Shown: positions 45,388-58,009 of the stretch, piece by piece
How positions within the stretch are numbered: the stretch's first letter is position 1
Layout: every line of letters starts with the position of its first letter
From: Neodothiora populina
Lineage: Eukaryota
Direction: 5' to 3'
Assembly: GCF_041146345.1 (NCBI RefSeq)
Contig: NW_027191414.1
Span: 248,001-312,000 of the forward strand
Length of the DNA: 64,000 nt
The notes under the pieces: model-generated
Database searches by the model: none
Told to the model about the DNA's origin: nothing
Seen by the model: only the letters and a program-made list of their open reading frames with translations
Program-made: the position numbers and the translations under genes

Positions 45388-47192
45388 TCATCTCTTTTCC
45401 ACATCCTCGTCGCTCGCCTTTCGCTGAGCCGCACCACTACCCCCACCATCAACAAACCCCTGATCCGTCTCCAACGGCCTGTCGAGACTAAAATGCCTCG
45501 TGAAAAGACTCGTGCAGAGGCCCAAGAACGCAAGCCCACAAATCACCGCCCAGACAATCTTGAGCGCATCAGCATAACTCTGAACCAACAGCGCCCTCTC
45601 GAGCCCAGGAGGCATGTTCTTGATGACTTGCACCAACGCGCTGGAATCCGCCGCCCACTCGTTCGCATGAGCGGCGATGAGCGGATGCGAGAGGATCTGC
45701 TTCTTGATCTGGTTCTGAAAGATGACGCCTCCAATGGCGACGCCGACGGCTTGGCCGAAGGAGCGGAAGAAAGTGAAGAGCGCGACGGCCGAGGGGATGT
45801 CTTTCCCTGGCGTGGCGGCTTGCACGCCGAACATTGTCGACGGGAACAACATGCCTGTGCCGAGACCGCTCACGAGGGTCAGGAAGATCCAGGCCGGCAG
45901 CGAGGTGGTGACGTCGAGCAGGATCTGGATGCCGCAGCCTAGTGTGGTGAGGAACCAGCCTATCCAGATTGCCCATCTGTAGCGGCCGGTGACGGTCACT
46001 AGGATGCCCACGGCGATGGCTGCTGGCGCGACGGTGAAGGTCATGGGGAACAAGGCCACGCCCGAGACGATCGGCGTGTAGTGCTTGACGGCTTCGTAGT
46101 ACAGGGGCATGTAGTATAGTTGACACCAGAGGATCAGGCCGTGCAGGAATGTGCCGAGGTAGTTGATGGCCGCAGTGCGATTCTTCATGACCCGGAATGG
46201 GATCATGGGTTCTTTGGCGTAGTATTCTTCCCACACGATGAAGGCGACTAGGCCTGCTAGACTGACCAGGAGAGGAACCAGTGTGCGCCAGCTTGACCAT
46301 GGGTACATGACTCCGCCCCAGGTCAAAGGGATGAGGAACCCGACTGTTGACCCGACGAAGAGCACACATCCTACCAAGTCAATGCGGGCGAGTTTGGCTT
46401 TGAGACTTCCGCTCAAGGGAGCGAGGTTTAGGAAGAGAGCGATCATGACGCCGCCGACGCCGATGAAAGGCAGATTGATCCAGAAGATCCAGCGCCACGT
46501 TACTTTTTCCGCGAATACTCCACCTGTTTGCCACGAAATCAGCACTGCAAGAGAAAAGACTTACCGATGAGAGGACCCCCCACACTTCCCAGCGCCCACA
46601 TCATACCGATCATGCTCTGATAATTTCCTCTAACACGTAGCGGCACAAGATCCGTCGTGAGGATCTCGGCCAAGACAATAGCACCGCCACCACCGATACC
46701 CTGGATACTCCTGCCGATAAGAACCATAGCCATGCCGTCACCATCTTTCGCAACAGCAGCGACTATGGCGCCGACGCCGAAGAAAGCCAGCGAGATGAAA
46801 ATCAGCAGTTTGCGGCCAAAGATACTGCTGAAGGAGCCGATGACGGGCTGGAACACTGTGCTTGTCAAGAGAAAGGAGGTGCCTGCCCAGAAGGCTTCGA
46901 TCGCTGTGCCGTGCAAGGCTGAGGCCATGTCTGAGAGCGCAACTGAGAGGGATGTCGCGTCGAGCGCTGCCATCAAGATCATGACGCATAGCGAGACGAA
47001 GGCGAGATAGAAGCGTAAACCAGGATTGAACGCTTCTGAAGCGGGAAGTTTTGCATCTTCCCCTTGATGTTGCTCGAAGCCGGTTGATGAATGTTGTTGT
47101 TGTTCTTGAGTATATAGTGATTCTGGCAGCGTATGCGCAACTTCTGGCACTTGGACCTTGTGTGCAGACGACATCGAAGAGGTTGTTGTCAT
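45388..47192 (-). CDS. MFS drug:H+ antiporter (DHA2, 14-TM), 2 exons
   Basis: AALDATSLSVAL, EAFWAGTSFLL, FGRK, GRSIQGIGGGG, DLVPLRVRG, WRWIFWINLP and FFRSFGQAVGVAIGG. Intron at ~46564-46525. Confidence 0.9.
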
Positions 47193-48143
47193 GTTGTGCG
47201 AAAGGCGAATACCTAGTAAAGCCGATTTCATGCTATACCAAAACACAAAAAACCATTGACACGTCTACACACGTGTATATACACATACTTCATCCACCTA
47301 CCTCGCAATGAATCCCTGCTCGAGGCGGCAGCATTATCACAATACCGGACCAGTGTCTTCACGACTCGAGAAACACAATTACGCCGTGTCCTTTCCAAGC
47401 CATCGATCCACCCCAGTACAGTAAGAGGAAAAGCCTCCCCATTCGTTCGCTACGGCCGATGGAGTCATCACTCCAAGCCCGCTGCACAATGATGCTTACA
47501 TGAGGTGCTAGACTACCAAGGTAAGTACCTCGAGCAAGTGTGGTAAAGTTGCGAAACGTAAGGAACTGTATTGCTCCGGCTGTGACTCGAATCAGTCAGT
47601 CAGCGCCTACGTGCGGCGTATGGAGGATGAAGGAAGGGGAGGCGGGTATATACCTCGCTTCAGGTACCTCCCTGCTGTATTTTGCTGTGTTCTAAGGTAC
47701 CGTAAGAGAGGTATGACTGGGTTAGCAAGCCGGTAGACGGGGTAACTTCCCTCCGCAGGAATTACACCCGTCTCTCTCTCTCCCTCTCTTGCTTCGGCCG
47801 GGATGTGTGGGGAATCGAAGGCGACATTACTCGTGAGTTGGACTAAGGCTCGCAGGCAGACACGCAGGCAGCAAGATTATTTGTTAGATGCACTGTCATT
47901 TCTACAGTATAGGGAGTCTACTGCGAGATTCGATGCGTCAGAGCCTTGGTAGTGATTCATTCACTTTCGCTCCTGTAGATTATTGTGTAGGCAGGATCGC
48001 TCAATCACCATAGCTGCGGCTAGCAGTGTTTACTAAGGAAGGCATTGACACGACCGGCAAGCTGAACGGCCACTACTGCTACTGCGAGATGTGCATTGCT
48101 TGAAGTATCCATACGTCTATATCACCCGCAGCCTTTGCGACGA

Positions 48144-48196
48144 GCGCGCGCGCGAGAGAGAGAGAGAGAGGGGGGGGGGGGGGGGGGGGGGGGGGG
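48144..48196. repeat. Compound microsatellite (GC)5(GA)8 followed by G27
   Basis: Read directly. The G run spans 48170-48196. Confidence 0.9.
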
Positions 48197-48499
48197 TGGC
48201 TCTACAACCACTACAGCCATACTTTTCGAAGCGAGAAGGAAAAGGTCTATTAGAACATACATAACCAGAACAACAAAAGTCAATGAAACGCAAGATCCCA
48301 AAACCCAAACCGATGAATGGACCCTCATAGCCGAGTTCTTTTTCCTGATTGACTGACCAACACAAGGGGGTATCTTTTCCAGGGTTCCCTTCCCAAAAGC
48401 AAAGAGTAAAGCAGAAAACCGAAAAAAACGCCTCATCAAAACATACTCGTATCCGTGACTCGCATTGCAGCCACAGCTCTTTTTTCTGTCGGGACTTGC

Positions 48500-50011
48500 T
48501 CACGCCACGCTAGCTTTGCGACTTGCTCCGCTGACTGAGGGTATACGGCCATTGATGCCACTCATGCGTCTGTCTGGTCCTTCGCCGCCTGTGTTCGTAA
48601 TGCCATTGGTCATGCCGTTGGCTAGTCCATTCACTGCCGCAGTGCCATTTGATTGCTCTTCGCGCGGTGTCGTACGGAACAGGCCCCCTCCGCTCCGGCC
48701 TCCGAGCGCACTGCCGAGCATCTCCTTCATGCGCACCATCTGGTATTTTTGCTTGAGCGGCACCCGATACAATTCGTATAGCGGTTGAGGTCGTGATCGC
48801 GCGAGCGCAGCCATGACGAGATCTTTCTCCTCGTCGGAGTCGATGGGTCCGTTCTGTGCCATCTCGTCGTCCTGGTTTGGCTCCATCGCGTCCAATGCCG
48901 CCTCTGTGATGTCTGTGTCAGTATATGCGGAGTCTTGAGATCGGCTTATTACAAGTAACAACATAGATGGTAAACATACTCTGCAGCTTGGCCTGGTTCT
49001 TGCGCTGGTAGTCTGCAAGCAACTTGTCGTATGGTGCACTGCGACCAGGAACTGCTCTCTTAGCGCCCATGGAGTGACTCTTGCAAGTCAAACTGCGCGC
49101 GCATTGGCCTCCATTAGGTAGTTCAACACCGCATTGCTTCTCTACATCAACAGGAGCCTTGGGACGAGGCAGCTTCGCTTTGCCTGCTCCCGTCGCGAGG
49201 TCGTCTTTCTTTTTCTTCTTGTGCTTGCCGCCCAGACCCTCATCTTCAGCTTTGCGCTTCTTGCCTCCGGCTTCTGTCTTTCCGGCTGTGGTCTTGCGTC
49301 CCCCATCGCCGCCCAGAATACTGTCTTCAGCTTCTGGAGTCTCACTGTTGTCTCGCGCCCGGTCAGCGCGAGCAGCGGCATCGCGCGCGTCTTTTGCTTC
49401 CTTCTTCCTGCGCTGCTTCTCCTGCTTCTTGAGTAAGCAGTCCTCAATGTGGGTTTTCGCCTTGTGGCGCAGGATGGGGCGTTTGCAGTGATTGCATTTG
49501 ACAATGTCGGGGACGTCCTGTAGTGGTTTACCAGTAGAAAATGATGAGGCCAATGCGTGCGGGATGCGATTGATAGAGACGGCCGGGCTCGTCACTTCGC
49601 CTGTAACACCAAGCCGTGATTGTTAGTAATCAGAACTCATTTGTGTCGTGAGCATCGGGCAAGGGGTTGTTCTTTGCAGAATAACAAGACCGATGAGATG
49701 ATAATAGCGAAAGGCATAACGAACCACCAACGACTTCCGTATCCCAAGTTCCAGGTTTAGCCGCTTTAGGGAGCTTCTTCTTCCACTCATCCTTGACCTT
49801 GACGGATCTACTGCCGGTCTTGCCAGACGGAGAAGACGAAGACTTGAAGAAGTTTATCGACTTGGTCTTGCCGTTTGGAGTATTTGTCGGCGCTGCCATT
49901 CAGAAAAATCAGTCGCCACGTCCACGTCTTCGTCGGACCTCTCGTCACGCGATATAGAGGTTCGCCCGGATCGCAACACGTACTCTTCCGACTGCTGCCA
50001 TTGGGCGCCAT
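48500..50011 (-). CDS. SGF73: SAGA deubiquitinase-module subunit Sgf73/ataxin-7 (4 exons)
   Basis: Zn finger CNHCKRPILRHKAKTHIEDC and SCA7 domain PVDVEKQCGVELPNGGQCARSLTCKSHSMGAKRAVPGRSAPYD. Exon 1 MAPNGSSRK (50011-49984) splices in frame via GTACGT..CTGAT..GCAG. Confidence 0.92.
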
Positions 50012-50513
50012 AATGAGCGGACTCGTGCTGTGCGCATGCGCGACTTTAGGATATATCAAATCAGAACATTAATGGAGCGAGTGGCTGTTTTCATTTCTAT
50101 CTCGGATTGCTGATAATAGATGCCTTGTTGATGCCTTTTAATATCGCATCGCATTGTTCTACTCCGCAGTATGACGAGCTGTTGCCTGACATGTGAGAGG
50201 CTTGGCGTGTGAGGTTCAGCTGGCGGAGTCGCTGCCGAATATGTTCCGGTTCGATACATTTCCAGGCCTCCGTCTAGCAATAACACCAAACTAGGTCACG
50301 CACAATACTCTCACTAGAGCACACTACGGTCAGAGATAGACAGTTGAGGCTATGGAACAAGAACGACAAAGACATGGATATGCATAATCGGCAGGTCCTG
50401 TATGCAGGTATTCACATCTCTATATGCCCAGGACGCCATCTATATGCGGATCAGATACAATCGCTCCCAACTCCCGGCAGTCTTCCCTTTCAACATTGGA
50501 CTGCATATGCTAA

Positions 50514-52313
50514 TCAAGGCCTTCGTAAAGGATGCGCTTCAGTGTTGAAAACAAACTCGTCCAGACTGATCACATCTGGCTCGCTAAAGATGAGATAGAA
50601 ATATTTGAGCGTCTCGCCAGTCCAGAAGCTCTCCATTGAGTCAGAGTGTTTCACATCTTTGACATCCTTGGCAGTTACATCCTCAATGGAAGCATATGCT
50701 ATCGCCGTCTTTGCATGTCGTTCAATTGACTGAAACATCGTCCAAGCCTTGTCCTGCAGACGCTTATCGCCCGTGATTCGATACATGATGAAGACTGATT
50801 CGATAGCTTCGGGTCGGAGTAGATAACGTGGATCGATTATGTCGGTCATGCCAGGAACAAGGTTTTTCTCGTTAATCACTTTCTGCGCGTGGTCAGATAG
50901 ACTCATGGTGACAGCATCTCTGTTCCGATGAGCGTCGCGGATTGCCTGGTGCCATTTCTCTTCGCTCCATACGCAATCGTCGTCGCCGTGACAGGCCGAG
51001 GCCAGGAAGTTTTCTGGCATAACACCCGTGGGCATGGATTCATACGCCCAGATACAACCGTCAACCAACTGGCGAGCTGTCTGTAGGTCCTCGGGTGAAC
51101 CGAATGCTCGTGCGGCGAGTCCGACCATACCCCCGACAAAACATGTGAGGTGCGCGCCTTCAGTCCTAAGCATGACATCAGGCGCATGGAACGTCTTTCC
51201 CGAACCGGAGAAGAGCAGAGGCGCGTTCTGTGGGTTCAGAGCTCGATAGAAGAGCTTCTCCTTCGCCACTTCGATGAAAGCCTGATACATTTGGCGGTAG
51301 TGAGGACTGCGGCCCCCAAGCAACAGGTGCTGCTTGGGAAGGTATTCGTAGAGCGAATCCGCAAGAGCACCGAGGGTGAATGATCGATCCTTGGTGAAGT
51401 CCTGGCTCCTGGCGTCCAGGTGTATAGGCCAGATACCGGGAACCTTAGTGTCGTTCTGCTGTGCTTCAAAGATGTCCATGATGCGTTGAATTGCATCGTA
51501 GTACTTCGGATCTCCCGACAGCTGCGAGAGACGAGTGAACTCGAGGGAGAAGGAGCCGTACTCGGCACCAAGAACAGATCTAGGCGTTTCCTGCATGCCT
51601 CCACTGGCTGCGTGCCTCCAGTCCCAATGCATTATAGGCATACGGTTCGGCGTATCAAAAGCAACATAAAGCATATCTCCTATCTCGATGGCTTTTTGTA
51701 ACAACGTTGGGTACTTGCCTTCACTGAGATCGTAAGCACTAAGGAAACCGCCAAGATAGCGTATGGTCGTCTCAAAAATGTTGATTTGAAAGAGTGGGGA
51801 GGTCGAGAAGTCAATTCTGTCCAGGGCGCGAACTGCCATGGCAAAGTCCTTTTTCAATCCCATGATCCAGAGTGTGTCGAGGCTGTCGACCAGCGTTGCC
51901 CCCCATCCTCCGAAACCATTCTTGAACTCTCCTGTGAGGGGAGTCACCTCGTCTTGCAGCCAAGCATGGCGCTTGTATCCCTCCCATGAGTGTATGAAGC
52001 TCTTTTTCACTGCGTCCAGTCTCTCTTCCCGTTCTAATTTCTGAAGTGCTGTCTCAGGTTCAAAGACATTCTGGATCCGGGGAAGTGGTTCTGCAGACCC
52101 TGTAGGCAATAAAATCATTGATGTTACGGGATAGTGTGCAGGTAAATCCTTCCATCTTGTGAAACCAGAAGGTCGAGGCGGTGGTGGCTCTAATGCTTTG
52201 GGTGTGGGAGGTTGTGATAGGTATTCGCTACCATTGTAAAGTGTATATAGCGTGCAAACAATGAATAAGGCTAAGAGATAAACTGTAGCTCCACGGCGAG
52301 AGAAGCAGGTCAT
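50514..52313 (-). CDS. Class I alpha-1,2-mannosidase (GH47), type II membrane protein
   Basis: N-terminal TM anchor, then HSWEGYKRHAW, GWGATLVDSLDTLWIMG, FETTIRYLGG, ADSLYEYL, LRPEAIES, MESFWTGETLKY and FNTEAHP. Confidence 0.95.
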   Translation of the reverse strand: MTCFSRRGATVYLLALFIVCTLYTLYNGSEYLSQPPTPKALEPPPPRPSGFTRWKDLPAHYPVTSMILLPTGSAEPLPRIQNVFEPETALQKLEREERLDAVKKSFIHSWEGYKRHAWLQDEVTPLTGEFKNGFGGWGATLVDSLDTLWIMGLKKDFAMAVRALDRIDFSTSPLFQINIFETTIRYLGGFLSAYDLSEGKYPTLLQKAIEIGDMLYVAFDTPNRMPIMHWDWRHAASGGMQETPRSVLGAEYGSFSLEFTRLSQLSGDPKYYDAIQRIMDIFEAQQNDTKVPGIWPIHLDARSQDFTKDRSFTLGALADSLYEYLPKQHLLLGGRSPHYRQMYQAFIEVAKEKLFYRALNPQNAPLLFSGSGKTFHAPDVMLRTEGAHLTCFVGGMVGLAARAFGSPEDLQTARQLVDGCIWAYESMPTGVMPENFLASACHGDDDCVWSEEKWHQAIRDAHRNRDAVTMSLSDHAQKVINEKNLVPGMTDIIDPRYLLRPEAIESVFIMYRITGDKRLQDKAWTMFQSIERHAKTAIAYASIEDVTAKDVKDVKHSDSMESFWTGETLKYFYLIFSEPDVISLDEFVFNTEAHPLRRP

Positions 52314-52699
52314 ACTCGGAACCTGCGTGAACTGAAATAAAGTGAAATGGGAAAATTGAGATGTAAAGAGAGTAAGAAATGCTTGAGGGAATGGCAACAG
52401 GGAATGCTGATGAATGCTCAGAAAGAATGGTATGAAGAATGAAAGGAATGGACGACTCTCAATGAGCCAACTTAGGGGCAGTTGTTACAAGACGAGGTAG
52501 CAAACGCAAGTCATAAGAGTCAACATCAATATCAGCGAAACTGCGAACGATGACTTTGATCGCGTCGAGTGAGGTACGCATGTACATCGTATCCCTGAGC
52601 TGACCTGGAGCCATGCACGGTCGCTCACTAGCGTTCTGATCGGCAAGCAGATTGTCCTGTACCTATTTTGAGATGCGACAACCTGCTGTGGTAAAGACC

Positions 52700-53750
52700 A
52701 TCGAAGCCATACGAAATGCATGCATCTTCGACGTATGAGGATCCTTGGTGTATCGAGAAGTCATGGAGATAGAAAGAAAATTAGTGCGACTTGACGTACC
52801 AAGAGACAGAGTCCTTGGGATTGCCGTTTGCCGGAGACTAGGCCTTGGTGCGGGTTTGTTCACCTGCCCGGCAAAGCTGGGCTCGGCCCAACTCCACCGT
52901 CATAGAGCTGCTCTTCGTGGGGTCTCTCCGCTTGGCACGTTTCAGGGCACGGTAGAGAATCGTGCATAATGTCAAGCGTGGAGCACACGTGAAGCTTCCG
53001 AACCAAGTCGTCTTTCCACACGTGACTTTGGAATGATCCCTCAGACGAGACAAGACCGAGTTGTCTGCGATACTAGATGGATGAGCATCGAAGCATGTTG
53101 GGGCCATATCCGCTGTATTTGCAGTGTGCGGTAGTAGCTCTTGCTCCAAGACTCTTCTACAGCCACGTTAGTATATTTTCACAAGTTGCCGCTGACACAC
53201 TCCATAGCTGGTGAGAGCATAGCGACTTCACCTGACTCTGACGTCCATCTGACTTAGCTTGCTATCATCTACTCCATGCTCGTCTGCGACCAAATTTACA
53301 CAAGGTGCATAATGCCACGATCGTAATGGATTTTTGTTCTCGTATGATTGCAGTCTTCAGTACAAGTACGTCGCTTAGGGAAGAGGAACGATGTCATCCC
53401 CTCGTAGTGTATGGTTGGATACACGCAATATCGTGATAGAAAGGAGGGAGACCCTGTCCGCGAGCGTTGTTGCGACATCACCAGAGATTATGTTAGGACA
53501 CGACAATTGGTCCTCGGTATAGTGTCGCATAATGATACATAGGAAAGATGAATGCTTGACTATGTTCGTTATGTCAAAACATGGAGAAGTTGAGAGCAAG
53601 CGGGTGCCCGGAGGGTTGCATTGCAGGTAGAGCCTATGCTTGAACTGCGGATAGCGGCAATGAAGACGAACAGAAGGATTTGGTTGACTCAGGTAAGGCA
53701 CCACGGAAGATGATGATTCAAGGCGCTCGTTGTCTAATATGGTTGTAACA
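52700..53750 (-). pseudogene. Candidate cryptic or decayed spliced gene
   Basis: Track ORFs 53375-53704 and 52838-53149 share a frame. A 75-nt intron-like segment 53231-53157 with TACTAAC removes two of the four intervening stops. Confidence 0.35.
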
Positions 53751-54700
53751 TTTTATGAAGTGGATGTGCATGTGAACGAAGTTAGTTTTCGATAGTAATA
53801 GTGAACGGTAGGATGGTTCATCAAGTCCAAGGTACATATTTTGGGGGAGTTGTGAGATGATTAAGGTATAATACTCATTTGTGTACGTGATCTTGCACGT
53901 CGCGAACTCTAGGATTTGAACGAGTCCATATATGTCGGGTCACGACTGCGTGTCATATACTTAGGGGAGTGGTGAAGATTTCACATCGAGGTCGGTGTTG
54001 GCAGTAGGAGATTCGGGAGGGTCGAGGAGGACTAGGGCTGCGGTTGCTCCCGCTAGCGCATGCGGCTGCCGGTGCTTCATGACATCGAAGCTGCGGCCGA
54101 AGAACTGGCACCCACGCGTAATGTGGTGGTGCCCGCTGCTAAGAGCCCAGAGGTGTGAGAGCAGAGAGCAGAGAGAAACAGACCCCCATTCCCAAATACT
54201 GTAGTAGTGAGGCACACGCACCCGATGGCTACCTCCGCGTCTACCTTCAAGCTTTGCCTTCTTACTCCTCTTCTCCCTCCTTCCCTCTGTTCTCTGATTC
54301 TTCTCATTCATGCTTTATTATCACCCACACCGCCCTCTATAGCGACATCATTCTCGGAACCCTTGAACGCGACTTGCACCTGCCTTTTACTCCGGATTTA
54401 TCGCGCGTCTGTCACCGCGACTGCATTGAACCTTCACCACGACCCCGGGTGATTGCTGTGACTTGCCCACCCGCGCCTAATACTCGCGCACTTTGCTGGC
54501 GATAATCTCATCTCCTCCGAGTCAACACCACATCTCTCCGATTCCAGAGTGCAATAGTCAATCTGATATCATCATCTTCATGCTCTACCGGAGTTTACAG
54601 ATCTAGAAGCCGAGATAACTTTTTTTCTACACGATCATCTATTCTCCCGGACAAGCCTGGCTGTGACCCCAGGTGGACTTCGCGAAGAAGTACCTTCGGG

Positions 54701-57700
54701 ATGGTGCGCCTTCCCAATCCTCCAATATGTTCCTGCCGTCACTTTGACTAATTCATCACTAGGTTCTGTTCAAACGGAAGCCCGTGGCGCTTCAACCACC
54801 ACCGCAATACATTGACAAGAATGCAGAGGTAGATAAATAAGCAGATACGCGCGAGGAATAATGTCAGGTTTCTGACTGCTACATACACAGATATGGGTAA
54901 TGCCCAAGTCCGGAGAAATATTCACAGACTACGAGAGCTATCTTGGACGGTATGTATCCTGAAAGCCCTGTATAATTGAATTTTAATGGCAATCTGCTAA
55001 CGACAATTAATAGATATGACTTCCTCAACCAGGTCAGCTCATGTGCGCGTGCGCTGTCTGGCTAATGCTGACAACCGAGACAGAAGAAGTTTACAGACTC
55101 TGTGAATGGCAAGTCTGGCTTGACGTTCTTCGCTGCGTCAGACATGGAGGTATGTGAGGGTGGGATAGTTTTTGCTTCAGACAGGTTTCGCTGACCAGAT
55201 CATCAGACTCACAGCTCCATCGACATCGAAAAGCTATTTCCTGATGCACTCCGCGACCCCATCCTGCGCAAGGTCCAATTCTCCACAATATCTAGAATCG
55301 ACGAGCTGGTCACAATGGTGTTCGAGGAGTTCAAAGCCGAGTTCTTCCCTGGCGAAGAAGTCGATATTACGCTGCAAAGTGGAGACATGTTTGACGGCGT
55401 CATAAGGGAAAAGGCCAAGTTCGAAGCTTTGCGCAATCCGGACGGTTCAATTCACAGGCCGGCCTTCTCTCGCTACTTCGTCAAGGTCAACAATGACCAC
55501 GGCGACGAAGCTCTGGTAGACGACAAGCACATCAAAAGAGGCCGCAAAATATTCACCAAGCAGAACCTACGTTCGTTTCTAAGAAATTCCCTGGTTCGCG
55601 AAGCCTGGAATGGTGCGCCCTGGTTGGTGAAGGAGCCAATCGCCAGACAATACCGCCTGCCTATGGATATTCCTGCGCATTTGCTCCAAGGCGCTGGAGC
55701 AGGTAGCCCGTCGGTGGGTCATCAATTTTGTCCTGTCGCGGTCAACAAAGTGCTGACATGTCCTGTAGGCTGCCCAGCATTCTTCCCGCCAACAGCCTAA
55801 TGGTATCTTCAACAAGGTAAACGGCCGCAAGAGCAAGAACCTTACCCTTGGTGATTTTGCATCAGAAAATCAACAGGTTGTGCATGCCTTTCTGCAGATT
55901 TGCCCCCAGTATTCTTATCGTCTAACTTCTGTACAGCCCAACGGTTCCAATGCGACCAACGGAACCCACTCCACCAACATTGTGCCCAAGATCGAAGTAG
56001 TCAAGCCAGTACCCCCACCAATCAGATATCCTATCGAGGACCTAGACCTGCCCCCTAAACGGGATGGCATCTCCCGTCCTCCCCTGAAGTTCATAACCGA
56101 CGAGGAGCCAGCTGAGGGTGATCTCCGTCCGGATTCAGTCGGCAAGCTTTTGGAAGTCTGGAACACTCTGAATGTGCAGTGTCAATTTTTCCACTTAGAC
56201 TCCTTCACTTTTGATGACTTCCTAGCAGCCATGAAATTCTCTTCAGATGAGATTATCTGTCAGCTGTTTGATGAGGTACATTGCGCCGTGTTGAAACAGA
56301 TTGTTGACCAGGAAGGCGCTCTCCAAGTCACATTACCCGATATGGCTTTGGCAGAGGAGTCAGAGTCAGAATCTGAAGAAAGCGAACCGGCAACTCCGAT
56401 CATTGACGTGCCTGCACGTTCCACGAGAAGCCGTTTGAGTCAGATCATGGCCGCAGATGCGAAGGAAAGGGCAAGCAAAAGTCCTTCGGAGAGTCGACAT
56501 CGCCCACACAGAGCACCTGAACTTTTTGTCGAACGTGGGTGGGTTGAGCGCCTCCAGGCTCGCGAATTTATCGACGGCGGCTGGCAGACGATCATGGTGG
56601 GGCTTTTGTACCAGCTTTCGTTGAGCCCACGCGAAAAGCAAGAATGCGATGGCATTCTCGCTCATCTGGCACCGCTGGAAGAGGAGCCGACCCAGGACTT
56701 GGTGTGGCAGCGCTACATCACTATGGACGTCAACAAGCGGATCACGGCGCTACAGAAGATCACATTACTTGCTGTCAGCACGAAAGCGCTGAGAGAGTAC
56801 CTTGAAGAGAGCAGCGAAGAACAAACCGAAATCCGCAAACGCAAACTCGAATGGCAGAAGCAACGTAAGGTGGCCATGGCGCAACTAGGTGAACTGGACA
56901 ACCAAAGAAAGATCCTGCTGCCAGACAATCTTCCGGAGTCACCTAAGCAACATCAACAGCAAGCGGCAGACTCCATGGATGTTGATGTTCCACATGTCGA
57001 TGATACCTTGAACACCGTAGGAACACCAACGTCGGATATGGATGACGACGAAGATGCTATCGGAGGACGTTCCCTTCGTAGAGCCAACGAGCGCAAGCGC
57101 AAACGCGACGAGGACCAGCAACGTCGCGAGAGAGAGCGTGAGGAGAAAGAAAAAGCAAAGATGGCGAAAACAAATTCGAAGCAGTCGAAGGAGTTTCTCA
57201 AGATTCTGGATCAGATCGACAAGCTTAGGAAGAAGATTCTGCAGTGCGAATCAGAAATCGACGAGTGCGATGCCGATCTTCGCGAGGCAAGTAATCACCG
57301 CACAAAAGTCTTAGGTCGCGATCGTTTCTGGAATCGCTACTATTGGTTCGAACGCAATGGCATGCCATTTGGAGGACTTCCGGACTCGAGTACAGCCGAG
57401 TATGGCTACGCGAATGCTCGAATCTGGGTGCAAGGGCCGGACGATATGGAGCGACTTGGCTACATCGAGACGAGTGACAGCGAGCAACAGGCCTACTTCC
57501 AACGCTTCGGTATGAAGATCCCGGAACGCAAGATATTGGATGAGGGAGATAGTCATCTCCGGACCGCTGAGCAATGGGGGTATTACGATGACCCCGAGTC
57601 AATCAATCTCTTGACTGCTTGGCTGGAAGAAAAAGGCGTTCGGGAGAAGCCTCTGAGAAAAGAGCTGCTCCTCTGGGGCGAGATCATCGAATCGAAGATG

Positions 57701-58009
57701 AAGAAACTAAAGGAGCTTGTGGACGGAGAGAAGAGCAAGGAAACTACGGAGGACGAGCCGGTGACAAGGATGTCGACTCGCCACAAGACGTATGTCGATA
57801 CCGAAGCAGATGGTCTGCGATGCCTCAAATGGCACAACAACGCCGCCATCAACGAGTTCGGCCATCTTCATTCCGAGCCGCCCAAGGTGAAAGAAAAGAA
57901 GGGCAAGAAGGCAGCAGCGCCAGTGGTCAAAGAGGAAAAGGGCGTGGCACGGCCAACCAACGGCAAAGTGACCAAACCTGAGCCACGCCAAACCAGATCG
58001 AAAAAGTGA
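54701..58009 (+). CDS. ITC1: ISWI chromatin-remodelling subunit Itc1/ACF1-like (WAC, DDT, WHIM/WSD), multi-exon
   Basis: M/VLFKRKPV..IWVMPKSGEIFTDYESYL..GKSGLTFF..PILRKVQFSTISRIDELV (WAC); LLEVWNTLNV..LDSFTFDDF (DDT); LGRDRFWNRYYWFE and WGYYDD..WLEEKGVREKPL. Confidence 0.92.

Noticed and set aside
45493..46570. Long antisense and alternate-frame ORFs over the DHA2 transporter (likewise over UBP3, MED12, CPA1)
   Set aside because: These are shadow ORFs expected from GC3-biased codon usage of the real genes.
26995..47192. Secondary-metabolite cluster suggested by two MFS transporters
   Set aside because: There is no PKS, NRPS, terpene synthase, tailoring enzyme or cluster transcription factor in the window.
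20578..58009. Functional cluster of chromatin and transcription genes (MED12, RPA12, SGF73, ITC1)
   Set aside because: The genes are scattered among unrelated ones and belong to different complexes, consistent with ordinary gene order.
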